A stretch of 64,000 nt of DNA from an uncultured Faecalibacterium sp. (GTDB lineage: Bacteria; Bacillota; Clostridia; Oscillospirales; Ruminococcaceae): positions 15,008 through 79,007 of the forward strand of contig CAYJKG010000006.1 of assembly GCA_964370685.1 (NCBI GenBank), written 5' to 3'. A model generated the notes under the pieces. The model worked only from the letters and a program-made list of their open reading frames with translations, was not told where the DNA came from and ran no database searches. Made by a program: the position numbers and the translations under genes. Of the stretch, positions 7,597 through 17,365 are shown in pieces. The first letter of the stretch is position 1. Every line of letters starts with the position of its first letter.

Positions 7597-10326
7597 ATGT
7601 ATTGTTCCCTTTGTAAACACCCAGTAACAGATAGCACAAAATTTTGTACTAACTGTGGCACTTCTTTAGCGCAAAATCCACCTGTTAGAAATTATATGGG
7701 TGAGGATGAATTAAATAGAAATGAATTTAATAATTCAAATGCAGAGTATCAAAAACCTGCTTATAAAACACAGGCACCAGGATACAGTGCGCCATCTTAC
7801 CAAGCACCAAATTATGGTGCTGATAATGTTGAACAACCACAAACATATGTGCCACCTGTATATAGCAATAGCGCAAACTTAAATAATGTGGAGCAGCAAT
7901 CACAAAACCCCGCTCCAACTTATGAGCCACCTGTATATAATGACAAAACACCACAGCAAACTCCAAATTATCAAGCTCCAGCACCAACGTATCAGCCGCT
8001 GGATTATAATGCGCAGGACTCTCAGCGCACTGCAATTAATCAACGCCCTGTGCCAACGTATCAACCACCTACATATGGAGCAACGAGCCAAAATAATGAG
8101 CAAGAGCTTTCACAGGCGGTTGATAATGTATTACCTTTTGAAACTTCAAAAGCACCAGCGCCACAGTATCAGTATGGGGCAAATAACACTCAAAACTCGT
8201 CTGCTTATGATTATAATGTTAACAATGCCCCACCAGTAAAGAAAAAGAAAAACGGCTGCTTAATAGCTATTCTTGTTGTTTTAGGTTTAATTGTTTTTAG
8301 CGTTGTTGGTTTTATTGCTTTAGTCTTTTTCTTGTTAGAAGATACTTATGATGAATATGTCACAGATTATGGCTATGAATATGAGTATGAAGAAGATGAC
8401 GATTACGATTATGGCGGTAGTGATAACTCATCTGGTGTATATGGCGAAGATTTAGGTCTTACTGATTTACGTGATTTTTATACAACACCAGTGGGCGATG
8501 GCTCGGATATGCATACAATAATGATGTATATGATAGGCTCGGACCTTGAAAGCGAGGGCGGTGCTGCTAGCTTTGATATCGATGAAATGTTAGATGCCAC
8601 TTTAACGAACAATGTTAGAATTGCACTTATGACAGGTGGTTCAACCTATTGGTACAATGAAGAAATAAGTGGAGATACTTGCCAATATTGGTTAATACAA
8701 CATGGAACACTTATTTTAATGGAAGAACGTGTTGGGTTAGTTAGCATGGTTGAATCAGAAACGCTTTCTGATTTTATTAATTTTTCTGCTGAGAATTTTC
8801 CTGCGGATAGGTATCATTTAATAATGTGGAACCACGGTGGCGGTACAATGGGTGGTTTTGGCTATGACGAACACTTTCCATATGATTACTTAACTTTATA
8901 TGATATCGAAAACGCTTTGATGAACTCTACCGTTAAGTTTGATATGATAGGTTTTGACGCATGCTTAATGGCAACTGCTGAAACAGCATTTATGCTAGAA
9001 CCATATGCTGATTACCTAATCGCTTCAGAAGAAACTGAACCTGGCACTGGTTGGTACTATACAGATTGGTTAACTGCTTTAGCAGAAAACCCTTCTATGT
9101 CCACGCTTGATATGTCAATAAATATTATAGATGATTATGTTGAAGTTACACACGAAGAACAAAGCCGACCAGATTGTACTTTATCTGTAATTGAACTGCG
9201 CCAAATGCCATATACATATGCGATGTTAACAGATTATTTTTCAAACGCAACTATAGATATACATGAAAATGAGTTTGAAGAAATTGCAAATGCACGTAGT
9301 GATGTTAAAGATTTTGGCGAAGGTGATTATGACCAAATAGATGTGGTAGATTTTGTTAACAACACTGATGTTGAGGGCGGTGCAGAGTTAGTGGCTGCAA
9401 TAGGTAGTGCTGTTAAATATTATCGCAATAGCCCTTATATAAATGATGCTTACGGCATGGCAATGTATTTCCCATATGATCATATTGATTATTATTCAGG
9501 GATAAATGATGTGCTTGAAGATATTGGTTATACTGATGAATATACGGAATTTTTTGATGTATTTATGAGTGCTATGTATGGTGGTCAGGTACATGCACAA
9601 GGTGGGTATGATAGCGGTTATGACGATTACACCGCAGAAGATTGGTATGACCCTGATACAGCTACTAGTTACGAAGAAAGTTATGATAGCTCCCTTTCAG
9701 AAGATTTATACATAGAGGATAAAGGCGATTACTACGCATTGAGTTTAAGCGATGAACAATGGGAAGAAATTACAACAATTGAATTGCAAGTGTTGTTAGA
9801 TGATGGATATAGTTACCAAGATTTAGGTAGCGATAATGTTTATGAATTTGATGATGATGGTGATTTAATAGTTGATTTTGACTACACCTGGGTAGCTTTA
9901 GATGGAAACATTGTTGCATTTTACGCTGAGGAAGAGTACGAAGATGATTACCAATGGTATACTTATGGCTATGTGCCTGCTATATTGAATGGTAATGAAT
10001 ATATAGAAATAATTGTGTATTGGGACGATGAAAACCCATATGGCTATGTAGAGGGGTATCGCAAATACACACCAGCAGGCCAACCAGCAGGTAAAGGTTT
10101 GTTTGAACTTCAAGCAGGTGATAGCCTTGAATGGGTATTTGATTATTACACTTACGACGGAGATTTTGAGGATACTTATACAGTAGGCGATGCATATTTT
10201 GTTAGCGGTGATGAGATTGAAGTTAGCTATGAATATGTAGGTGATGCAGATTCTGTTATTTATTTTGTTTTAACTGATGTTTATAACAATATATACTACA
10301 CTGAATCCGTAGTATATTATGATTAA
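7597..10326 (+). CDS. membrane-anchored clostripain-family (peptidase C11) protein with N-terminal zinc ribbon
   Basis: CSLC..x..CTNCG zinc ribbon. Tyr/Pro/Gln/Asn-rich tract of about 170 aa. One TM helix (CLIAILVVLGLIVFSVVGFIALVFFLL). Acidic Tyr-rich linker. C11 core with His in MWNHGGG and Cys in GFDACLMA. Confidence 0.75.
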   Translation: MYCSLCKHPVTDSTKFCTNCGTSLAQNPPVRNYMGEDELNRNEFNNSNAEYQKPAYKTQAPGYSAPSYQAPNYGADNVEQPQTYVPPVYSNSANLNNVEQQSQNPAPTYEPPVYNDKTPQQTPNYQAPAPTYQPLDYNAQDSQRTAINQRPVPTYQPPTYGATSQNNEQELSQAVDNVLPFETSKAPAPQYQYGANNTQNSSAYDYNVNNAPPVKKKKNGCLIAILVVLGLIVFSVVGFIALVFFLLEDTYDEYVTDYGYEYEYEEDDDYDYGGSDNSSGVYGEDLGLTDLRDFYTTPVGDGSDMHTIMMYMIGSDLESEGGAASFDIDEMLDATLTNNVRIALMTGGSTYWYNEEISGDTCQYWLIQHGTLILMEERVGLVSMVESETLSDFINFSAENFPADRYHLIMWNHGGGTMGGFGYDEHFPYDYLTLYDIENALMNSTVKFDMIGFDACLMATAETAFMLEPYADYLIASEETEPGTGWYYTDWLTALAENPSMSTLDMSINIIDDYVEVTHEEQSRPDCTLSVIELRQMPYTYAMLTDYFSNATIDIHENEFEEIANARSDVKDFGEGDYDQIDVVDFVNNTDVEGGAELVAAIGSAVKYYRNSPYINDAYGMAMYFPYDHIDYYSGINDVLEDIGYTDEYTEFFDVFMSAMYGGQVHAQGGYDSGYDDYTAEDWYDPDTATSYEESYDSSLSEDLYIEDKGDYYALSLSDEQWEEITTIELQVLLDDGYSYQDLGSDNVYEFDDDGDLIVDFDYTWVALDGNIVAFYAEEEYEDDYQWYTYGYVPAILNGNEYIEIIVYWDDENPYGYVEGYRKYTPAGQPAGKGLFELQAGDSLEWVFDYYTYDGDFEDTYTVGDAYFVSGDEIEVSYEYVGDADSVIYFVLTDVYNNIYYTESVVYYD
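7750..8092 (+). repeat. degenerate in-frame repeats encoding P-x-Y-x-(A/P)-P-x-Y units
   Basis: APGYSAPSYQAPNYG, YVPPVYS, PTYEPPVYN, PNYQAPAPTYQPLDYN, PVPTYQPPTYG. Near-identical DNA units, for example CCAACGTATCAGCC / CCAACGTATCAACC. Confidence 0.6.
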
Positions 10327-10350
10327 TAATAACTGTTCGTTATAAAAATA

Positions 10351-10396
10351 AAAACTCTGCAAGTTGCTAAAAAACAACTTGCAGAGTTTTATTTTT
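10351..10396. terminator. bidirectional rho-independent terminator between convergent genes
   Basis: AAAACTCTGCAAGTTG / CAACTTGCAGAGTTTT 16-bp perfect stem, flanked by an A-run and a T-run. Confidence 0.8.
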
Positions 10397-10418
10397 GATT
10401 TTATTATTTGTTTTAAGG

Positions 10419-11312
10419 TTAGCCTTTAACAGAGCCAACAGTTAAACCTTTAACAAAATATTTTTGGAAGAATGGGAAGATAAACATCATAGGGCCAGCG
10501 GCAACAACGCTCATAGCAAAACGCATGTTTTCGCCAGGTAGTTCCTCGGAGTTTAAATCAACACCAGCACCCAAAGCCTCAGCGGCCATTGCACGTACAA
10601 ATTCGATTTTTTCAAGCAAACGTTGCAATAGGTATTGCAAGGTGAAAAGGTCCTCGTTTGTGATGTACAAAAAGCTTGTCATCCAGTCGTTCCATTTTGC
10701 TAGTAGTATTAATAGTGAAACTGTTGCAATAACAGGTTTTGAAAGTGGCAATATAATGCGGAAGAATATTGTTAGCTCTCTTGCGCCGTCAATTTTAGCT
10801 GAGTCCACAAGTGCGGCGGGCAATTCTTTAAAGAAAGTGCGCAAGATAATTACATACCATGCACTAACTGCACCAGGGAGTATGTAAATTAAAAAGTTAT
10901 CTCTTAAACCTAATGTTTGTGTGTTTAAAATGTAAGTTGGAACCATGCCACCGCTAAATAACATTGTAAAAAAGATATAGAACATTATTATGTTGCGCAG
11001 TTTAAAGTTCGAGCGGGATAAAGGGTATGCACACATAGACATAACTAAAACTGAAAGTGACATAGCAAGCACAGCTTGTGCAATTGTTACGCCGTATGAT
11101 ATTAGGATTGTAGAAGGGTCCATAAATATGTATCTATAACCCTCTATGGAAAATTCACTAGGTATGAGGCTAAAACCGTTTGTTATAAGTGCTTGTTCGT
11201 CAGTTAGTGAAACTGAAATTACAAGCAACAAAGGAATAAGGAAAAATAAAACCGCTAAAGCTATAAGTATAACGGCAATTACATCGCCTACTATTTTATC
11301 TTGTTTTTTCAT
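10419..11312 (-). CDS. carbohydrate ABC transporter permease (LplC/YtcP-like)
   Basis: Six TM helices and EAA-loop DSAKIDGARELTIFFRIILPLSKP. Confidence 0.85.
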   Translation of the reverse strand: MKKQDKIVGDVIAVILIALAVLFFLIPLLLVISVSLTDEQALITNGFSLIPSEFSIEGYRYIFMDPSTILISYGVTIAQAVLAMSLSVLVMSMCAYPLSRSNFKLRNIIMFYIFFTMLFSGGMVPTYILNTQTLGLRDNFLIYILPGAVSAWYVIILRTFFKELPAALVDSAKIDGARELTIFFRIILPLSKPVIATVSLLILLAKWNDWMTSFLYITNEDLFTLQYLLQRLLEKIEFVRAMAAEALGAGVDLNSEELPGENMRFAMSVVAAGPMMFIFPFFQKYFVKGLTVGSVKG

Positions 11313-11342
11313 AAAGCACCTCGTTTATTGATTGTTGGTTTA

Positions 11343-12296
11343 TTAGAACATGGAATGTTCAGGTTCGATTTTTTTAACTATTGCATTTGCGCCAATTACG
11401 CAAACTAAGCCAACAACTGATTGTATAAGGCCAACTGCTGTTGGTACGCTGAAAGAACCACCTGTCATTCCACGAATAACATAGGTATCAATAACATCAG
11501 TGGTGGAATAAATTGCACCAACGTTACGAGGTATTTGATAAAATAGGCCGAAGTCGCCACGGAAAATGTTACCAAGAGCCAATATGCCAAGTATAATTAT
11601 AATGCCTTTTAATGATGGCAGAGAAATATGCCAAATTTTTTGTAATTTGTTTGCACCGTCAAGCTCAGCTGCTTCAAAAAGTTGGGAGTCTATAGACATA
11701 AGTGCTGCGTAGTACATGATAGCATCTAGGCCTATCTTTTTCCATTCAGCAAAAAATGGTAAAATTACAACCCATGGTTCAGGTGTTGTGTACCAGTCTA
11801 TAGGTGTTCCACCAAAAAATTCGATAATTTGGTTAAAGATGCCTTTATCAATGTGTAAAAGTGCATAGGATATAAAACCTACAACAACCCAAGATAAAAA
11901 GTGAGGTAAAATTGCTAATGTTTGAACAATTTTAACAGCAAATTTGCGATGCACTTCAAAGAGTAATAGTGCAAAGATAACACCGCAAACAATGCCTAAA
12001 ATAATGTTTACAATTGCATAGCCAACGGTGTTGCGAATGATGCGGAATAATTCGTCAGATTCAAATAGAATTTGAAAATGCTTAAAACCAGCCCAGTCAC
12101 TGCCCCAAATGCCATCTCTAAAGCTATAATCTTTAAAAGCGAGCACAAGGCCACTCATAGGCATATAGTTCCAAATAAAAGTAAAAATAATTGCAGGAAC
12201 ACATAGCATAAATAAGCTGAATTGCTCCCTGTGTTTATCAAATTGGCTGGATTTTAGAAAATTAGTTTTGGTAGTATTCTTTGTTTTAAATGGCAT
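11343..12296 (-). CDS. carbohydrate ABC transporter permease (LplB/YteP-like)
   Basis: EAA-loop EAAELDGANKLQKIWHISLPSLKG with a polytopic profile. Confidence 0.85.
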   Translation of the reverse strand: MPFKTKNTTKTNFLKSSQFDKHREQFSLFMLCVPAIIFTFIWNYMPMSGLVLAFKDYSFRDGIWGSDWAGFKHFQILFESDELFRIIRNTVGYAIVNIILGIVCGVIFALLLFEVHRKFAVKIVQTLAILPHFLSWVVVGFISYALLHIDKGIFNQIIEFFGGTPIDWYTTPEPWVVILPFFAEWKKIGLDAIMYYAALMSIDSQLFEAAELDGANKLQKIWHISLPSLKGIIIILGILALGNIFRGDFGLFYQIPRNVGAIYSTTDVIDTYVIRGMTGGSFSVPTAVGLIQSVVGLVCVIGANAIVKKIEPEHSMF

Positions 12297-12466
12297 ATGT
12301 TACTCCCTCCATAAGAAAAAGCTGTTTGGTTTTTCGTTTAATAAAGCATAGCAATAACAATTAAATATGAAACGCTAAATTTAGCAGTTTGCCTAAAGGC
12401 GCTTCACTCTATTGTATGCAATTTGCTTTACGAAAGAAAAAGAAACAGCCTCTCTTTTAAATAAAT

Positions 12467-12503
12467 GCCCACACATAAAGCTTGAATAGTATTATGTGTG
12501 GGC
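12467..12503 (-). terminator. intercistronic hairpin after the binding-protein gene (partial terminator or mRNA stabiliser)
   Basis: GCCCACACATAA / TTATGTGTGGGC 12-bp perfect stem with a 13-nt loop, in the 262-bp gap between the SBP and permease genes. Confidence 0.45.
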
Positions 12504-12558
12504 TATGGGGTGACAGATAATTTTTGGTGAAATAACTGCCACTTAAATTACTGTGAAA

Positions 12559-14199
12559 TTATGCCATAAACGCATCAAGTTGAGCTTGTAGGTCAGCTTG
12601 AATATCAGCAAGTTTTGTTTGTGCTAATTCTGCTAGGAATTCATCATACTTAGCAGCTGTGTAATCACCAGCGTTGAAAGATGGTACATATTCAGCAGCT
12701 TTGTTGCGTATGTTATTGATTTCAGCGTCAAAATCGCCTACAACATAGTTAAAGCCTAATGTTGGGGAGATGATAGAAGCTTGAACCATTTCATCGTAGT
12801 AGTCATATTGGTTATCTGGTTGTGTTGGCAATAGCCATGTTTTGTGGCAGTTGCCAAGACCCCAAGTTGGTAGGCCGTATGTATCATCTTCTTGCTCGCC
12901 AGCATCATCAAAACGTTCTACACGGTTATCGCCTGTTTTTGTGTAGTGAACATCTTCAAGGCCCCAAACTAGCATGTTGCGTAGTTCTTTGCCTTCTTCT
13001 GTAAACATTAAACGCATTACAGAGTAAGAAACAGCTGGGTCTTGTGCAGAGTAAGGTATGCACAAACCGTCAGAAGAACCGTTCAAAACAGTTGGTGTGC
13101 CAAGAGGGATAACGTTGTAGTCAGCGTCCCAGCCACGTTCTGAGCCTAAACGAACGTGTACACCTGTTGAAGTTGCATCATCAGCGTTAACATAGTTGTG
13201 GTACCAGATTAAATCACCCTCAACATTTGTGTTTTCGTATTGGCGTGGGTTTTCTAGTGTTAGTAAGTCATTACGTAGGAAACCTTTTGCTTTCCAATCA
13301 GCCAATTTTTCAAAGTAAGCACGTGTTTCAGGTCTTTCATAATGGTTAATGATAGTTGTATCCCATGCAACATCAGCAGTTGCAGGTACTGTAATACCTA
13401 GAGGGAATGGAACGTTTTGTAAACCAGGAGAACCTGAGATTAAATCAGCACCTGTATCCATGCAAGAAACATATGGGCTGTAACCAGAGCCTAACATGCC
13501 GCCAGCTTCTGCTTTAACCATGTAATCTTCTAAAACGTCATATAGTTCAGGTGTGTAGTAACGATATTCTGTTTCAAGGTATGCAGCTGCAGCAGCATCA
13601 AAAGCTTCACGGTCAAAGTATGCATCATAAGCAGCTGTTGGTGTGTATATACCTTCCATCCAGTGGTGCATTTCGTATTTTGGCAAGTAGCATAGTTGGC
13701 CGTCAACACTAGCAACATCAAATAGGAATTGAGGTATTTCTGCTGTCATTTCAGAGTCGCTTGCAACGAATGATGCAAGGTCTATAAATGTATCACTTTG
13801 GAAATATTCCGCAGTTTGCATCATGTAACCTTTCCAAGCTATATCTATTGTTTCGCCGCCAGCCATAGCAAGGTCGAATTTTTCTTTGTATTCAGAAGGC
13901 ATCCAGTAGTCAAATTCAACTGTGATGTGAGGCATAGTTTCTTGGAGTTTTTTGTTGAAAGCTTCAGCAACCATGTCAGCGTCTTGTTGTTTGCCACCGC
14001 CAGCAGTAACTACCCAGCGTAGAGTGATAGGGTCAGCACTAACTGCTTCGCTTGAAGCTGTACTATCAGCAGTTGAAGTTGAAGTGCTAGTTTCTGTGCT
14101 TGTGCTTGTAGCTGTTTCACCACAAGCTGAAAGTGCTGTAGCAGCAGCTGCAACGCCACTAGCTATAAGGAATTTGCGACGAGAAATGTAATGTTTCAT
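12559..14199 (-). CDS. extracellular solute-binding lipoprotein of the ABC importer (LplA-like, large family-1 SBP)
   Basis: Signal peptide plus lipobox LSACGE, a Ser/Thr-rich linker, 546 aa, adjacent to the two permeases. Confidence 0.8.
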   Translation of the reverse strand: MKHYISRRKFLIASGVAAAATALSACGETATSTSTETSTSTSTADSTASSEAVSADPITLRWVVTAGGGKQQDADMVAEAFNKKLQETMPHITVEFDYWMPSEYKEKFDLAMAGGETIDIAWKGYMMQTAEYFQSDTFIDLASFVASDSEMTAEIPQFLFDVASVDGQLCYLPKYEMHHWMEGIYTPTAAYDAYFDREAFDAAAAAYLETEYRYYTPELYDVLEDYMVKAEAGGMLGSGYSPYVSCMDTGADLISGSPGLQNVPFPLGITVPATADVAWDTTIINHYERPETRAYFEKLADWKAKGFLRNDLLTLENPRQYENTNVEGDLIWYHNYVNADDATSTGVHVRLGSERGWDADYNVIPLGTPTVLNGSSDGLCIPYSAQDPAVSYSVMRLMFTEEGKELRNMLVWGLEDVHYTKTGDNRVERFDDAGEQEDDTYGLPTWGLGNCHKTWLLPTQPDNQYDYYDEMVQASIISPTLGFNYVVGDFDAEINNIRNKAAEYVPSFNAGDYTAAKYDEFLAELAQTKLADIQADLQAQLDAFMA

Positions 14200-14335
14200 T
14201 TTTTAACTCCTTCTTTTATGTTTATTTCGATGTTTCAATTATACCTAAATTATTTTAAAAATAAAATCATAATATTGTATTATATGTTCATTTTTATTTT
14301 ATATTTTTAACTTTTTTGTATTTTCGCTAGTACTT

Positions 14336-17300
14336 TTATGCTTTAGGGCACAAATTTATTAGTTTTTCAACAATTTCTCTTGCTACAGGGTTGGTTGAAA
14401 CTCTATTTGCTATATCAACTTGGCAAAGGATAAATTTACCATTACCAATTTTCTTTTCAGCGCATGCTAGTGCATAGGCCCATTCTTTTTTATCATTAGC
14501 ATTACCTGTTGATAAAATAGGTGTAAAAGTATCATCGCAAAAACTATCCATCAATATAGGGCTTATGCGTCCGAGTGCTTCATCATACCAATAGCGCACG
14601 TCCTCAGCTTTCAAATTTGCAACACTTGGGTGGCCTGTATCACGTGAAACAAAGTGTAAAGGTAGCATAGCACTAAATTTTATATCCATAGTTTGCCCGC
14701 ATATATCAAAAACACCACTTGGCAAGCGCATGTGTATTAGTTTTGCACCTTGTTCAACACGTGTGTCTATTTGTGCTTTATTTTTGAGGTATTCGGTGTA
14801 GTCGCTGCAAATAATAGTGTTTGACTCCTCGCTATATGCACAGCTCATGTCAGCGACAAGCGTATGTGCATCCTCGCCTAGTGCCCAAATTGTGCATGCT
14901 TTTTGCACAGGTGTAGGGAAAGCTTCAATAACCTGTGATGTCCAGTGTACAAGTTCGCCTTTTTCGTCTTGCAATACAAGACGTACTGTAAAGTTAGTAC
15001 GCTGGTTAACCTCTGGGAAGTTAATTTCTAAATTGCCAAGGTTCATTGCTGTGCAAGGCTCTATGTTAGATTTCAGTGTTCCGCCTAAACCGAGCTCATC
15101 AACCATATAATGCAAGGTGTAGCCATTTAGTGTTTCGTCTATATCATTGCAAATAAATGGTTGAACATTTATTGTTTGGCCACCAAAAACTTTGCGGTAG
15201 TTTGAGCGTATAGAAACACTAACAGGGCTTAAAACGTCACGGTATGCAAAATATGCAGGTTTTGCTGTGCGCTCAACATCCATAATAGTTTTCATCCAGT
15301 TTGAGGGGAAGGCATCTATAAATAAATGTATAGCAAAAGTGTTCATAAGTGGGTTGCGCCTGTAACACTCTGTTTGCCAGCGCACTGCCTGTGCTTGGAA
15401 ATCACGGCTCTTTGCGCTCCATTCCTCCATGCTTTTTGGTGTTTCAAAAAAGAAGTAATGGAAACGCCCGGTTTGTGCACCGGTAACTTCGCTAGGTGTC
15501 CACTCGCTTTCTCTACCTTTGTTTTGCACCCATTTTTGTGGATAATATTTGCGCATAACTTCAGGCGTGTCTATACCTTCTGTGCCAAACTCGCCACAAC
15601 CAAAGTACCAATCAGGTTTAATGGGCATCCATTCACCAGCATTTAATGCACCTATATCAACGCCGTTACCGTTATACCACATGGTGTAGCAGTGGTTATC
15701 AGGTAAGGTTTCGCTAGGTGGGTCATAATCGCCGTCAACATGTTTAATAACACGATCTGGGTTATTCATGAGTGTTACGTTATCCGCACAGGTGAAAAAC
15801 GTCATCAAATCTTTACGTGATAAATTGCGGTGTGGTGCGTTATCAGCATTGGGGAAAGGCTCGTTTATGTAGCTTGCCATTATGTTGCAAGCATGTGGGC
15901 GCACAAGGCGTTCCATCTCGCCAACTTGGCGCAAAGCCTCGCAAAATTGGTTTATGCGCAACTTGCCAAACAGTGGTAAATCTGTTTGTGTTAGCATGCC
16001 TAGCATGTCGCAATATTGGTAAATTTCATCTTGTACAGGGCGCTGTGTTAGGCGGAAAAAGTTCATGTTGCAAATTTTAGCAAGTAAAATATCTGTTAAA
16101 AGTTGCTCAAAATCGCCTTTGATAACATCTTGTTGTTCATGCCCCATAGTGTTAGCACCGCGCAAACGTATTTGACGGCCGTTAAAGAACATTTTACCTT
16201 TTGGTGTGTTTTCGGTGTCCATTGTAAAAGTGCGAACACCAAACTCAACGCATTGAATATCTTTTTTAACACCATTTGCAATAACAGTTAATTGTGCTTC
16301 GTACAAATTAGGCTCATTAAGCTCCCAACGTTTTGCATTTTTTATACTAAAAGGTATTTTAAAATAGTTTAAACCGCTTTTTAAGGTTAATGTAATAGGC
16401 ACACCAAGCAAGTTATCTTTGCGTGTTAAAGCTTCGTTTAAGCTGTCACCAACACCAATTTTGCGATCTGTTGTGGGTGTGTAACGCTCGTTTTCAAAAA
16501 CAGTTTCGCTAAAATTTTGCCCGTAAACTGAAAAATCAAACTCAATGCTTTTTTCCTCTGCGCCAAAACTATAAACCTCTGCCCATAGCTCCATTGTTTC
16601 AAAATCTGCCTCATTGCGCACAAACAAGTTTTGCATGTAAACATCACTGCGTGCTTCAACATAAACACTTTGGAATAAACCCATGCCAGCAGGGCAGTGG
16701 TGCCAGCCAATTTCAGGTTCGTCAAAACCAGGGCCAGTGGCAGCATAAATTTTATCACCACTTGCTACCATAGCAACATCGTTTTCAAGTTTTACTAAAA
16801 GTTCGTTTTCGCCTTCTTTAACATATTTATGCATAGCAAAATCAAAAGGGGCAAAAAAGCCCTCATGCCTACCAACAAAATTGCCATTTATAAGCACGCT
16901 TGCAATGTAGTCAGCACCTTTAAAGCAAATATGTATGCTCTCATGTGCGAGCATTTCTTTTGTTATGTTAAATTTAGTTTTATAATAAGCAGTGTGTTTG
17001 CCAACAGGGCCGTCGTAATGTGGCACAGTAACATTTTGCCATTCAGTAGCGTCCTCAAGTTTCCACAAAAATTCTTTTAACTCTTGCTTAATGCGCATAG
17101 AGTCTACCTTTGGCGCTAATTTTTGCATAAAAGGCTTATAATAAGCTTTTTGGCGCTCAACTTCAGTCATTAGCTCTGCTTGTGTGCTCATTTTTGGTGC
17201 GCAGTAATTTGCGATTGGCGCTGTTTTAGCCATTGGCAAAATAACGTCTGGCGTGGGCATAACTGGTGGTTTTGCCAAACCTCTATCAGCAAAATCTTGT

Positions 17301-17353
17301 GTCATTGATGCTATGTTCGCAAACATATCATTCTTTTTCTTTTCTAATTTCAT
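14336..17353 (-). CDS. glycoside hydrolase family 2-like enzyme (no signal peptide)
   Basis: GH2 sugar-binding-domain signature FKGADYIASVLINGNFVGRHEGFFAPFDF. Also FFNGRQIRLRGANTMGHEQ and YINEPF (candidate acid/base NE). 1005 aa. Confidence 0.7.
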   Translation of the reverse strand: MKLEKKKNDMFANIASMTQDFADRGLAKPPVMPTPDVILPMAKTAPIANYCAPKMSTQAELMTEVERQKAYYKPFMQKLAPKVDSMRIKQELKEFLWKLEDATEWQNVTVPHYDGPVGKHTAYYKTKFNITKEMLAHESIHICFKGADYIASVLINGNFVGRHEGFFAPFDFAMHKYVKEGENELLVKLENDVAMVASGDKIYAATGPGFDEPEIGWHHCPAGMGLFQSVYVEARSDVYMQNLFVRNEADFETMELWAEVYSFGAEEKSIEFDFSVYGQNFSETVFENERYTPTTDRKIGVGDSLNEALTRKDNLLGVPITLTLKSGLNYFKIPFSIKNAKRWELNEPNLYEAQLTVIANGVKKDIQCVEFGVRTFTMDTENTPKGKMFFNGRQIRLRGANTMGHEQQDVIKGDFEQLLTDILLAKICNMNFFRLTQRPVQDEIYQYCDMLGMLTQTDLPLFGKLRINQFCEALRQVGEMERLVRPHACNIMASYINEPFPNADNAPHRNLSRKDLMTFFTCADNVTLMNNPDRVIKHVDGDYDPPSETLPDNHCYTMWYNGNGVDIGALNAGEWMPIKPDWYFGCGEFGTEGIDTPEVMRKYYPQKWVQNKGRESEWTPSEVTGAQTGRFHYFFFETPKSMEEWSAKSRDFQAQAVRWQTECYRRNPLMNTFAIHLFIDAFPSNWMKTIMDVERTAKPAYFAYRDVLSPVSVSIRSNYRKVFGGQTINVQPFICNDIDETLNGYTLHYMVDELGLGGTLKSNIEPCTAMNLGNLEINFPEVNQRTNFTVRLVLQDEKGELVHWTSQVIEAFPTPVQKACTIWALGEDAHTLVADMSCAYSEESNTIICSDYTEYLKNKAQIDTRVEQGAKLIHMRLPSGVFDICGQTMDIKFSAMLPLHFVSRDTGHPSVANLKAEDVRYWYDEALGRISPILMDSFCDDTFTPILSTGNANDKKEWAYALACAEKKIGNGKFILCQVDIANRVSTNPVAREIVEKLINLCPKA

Positions 17354-17365
17354 AATGCCTCCATT

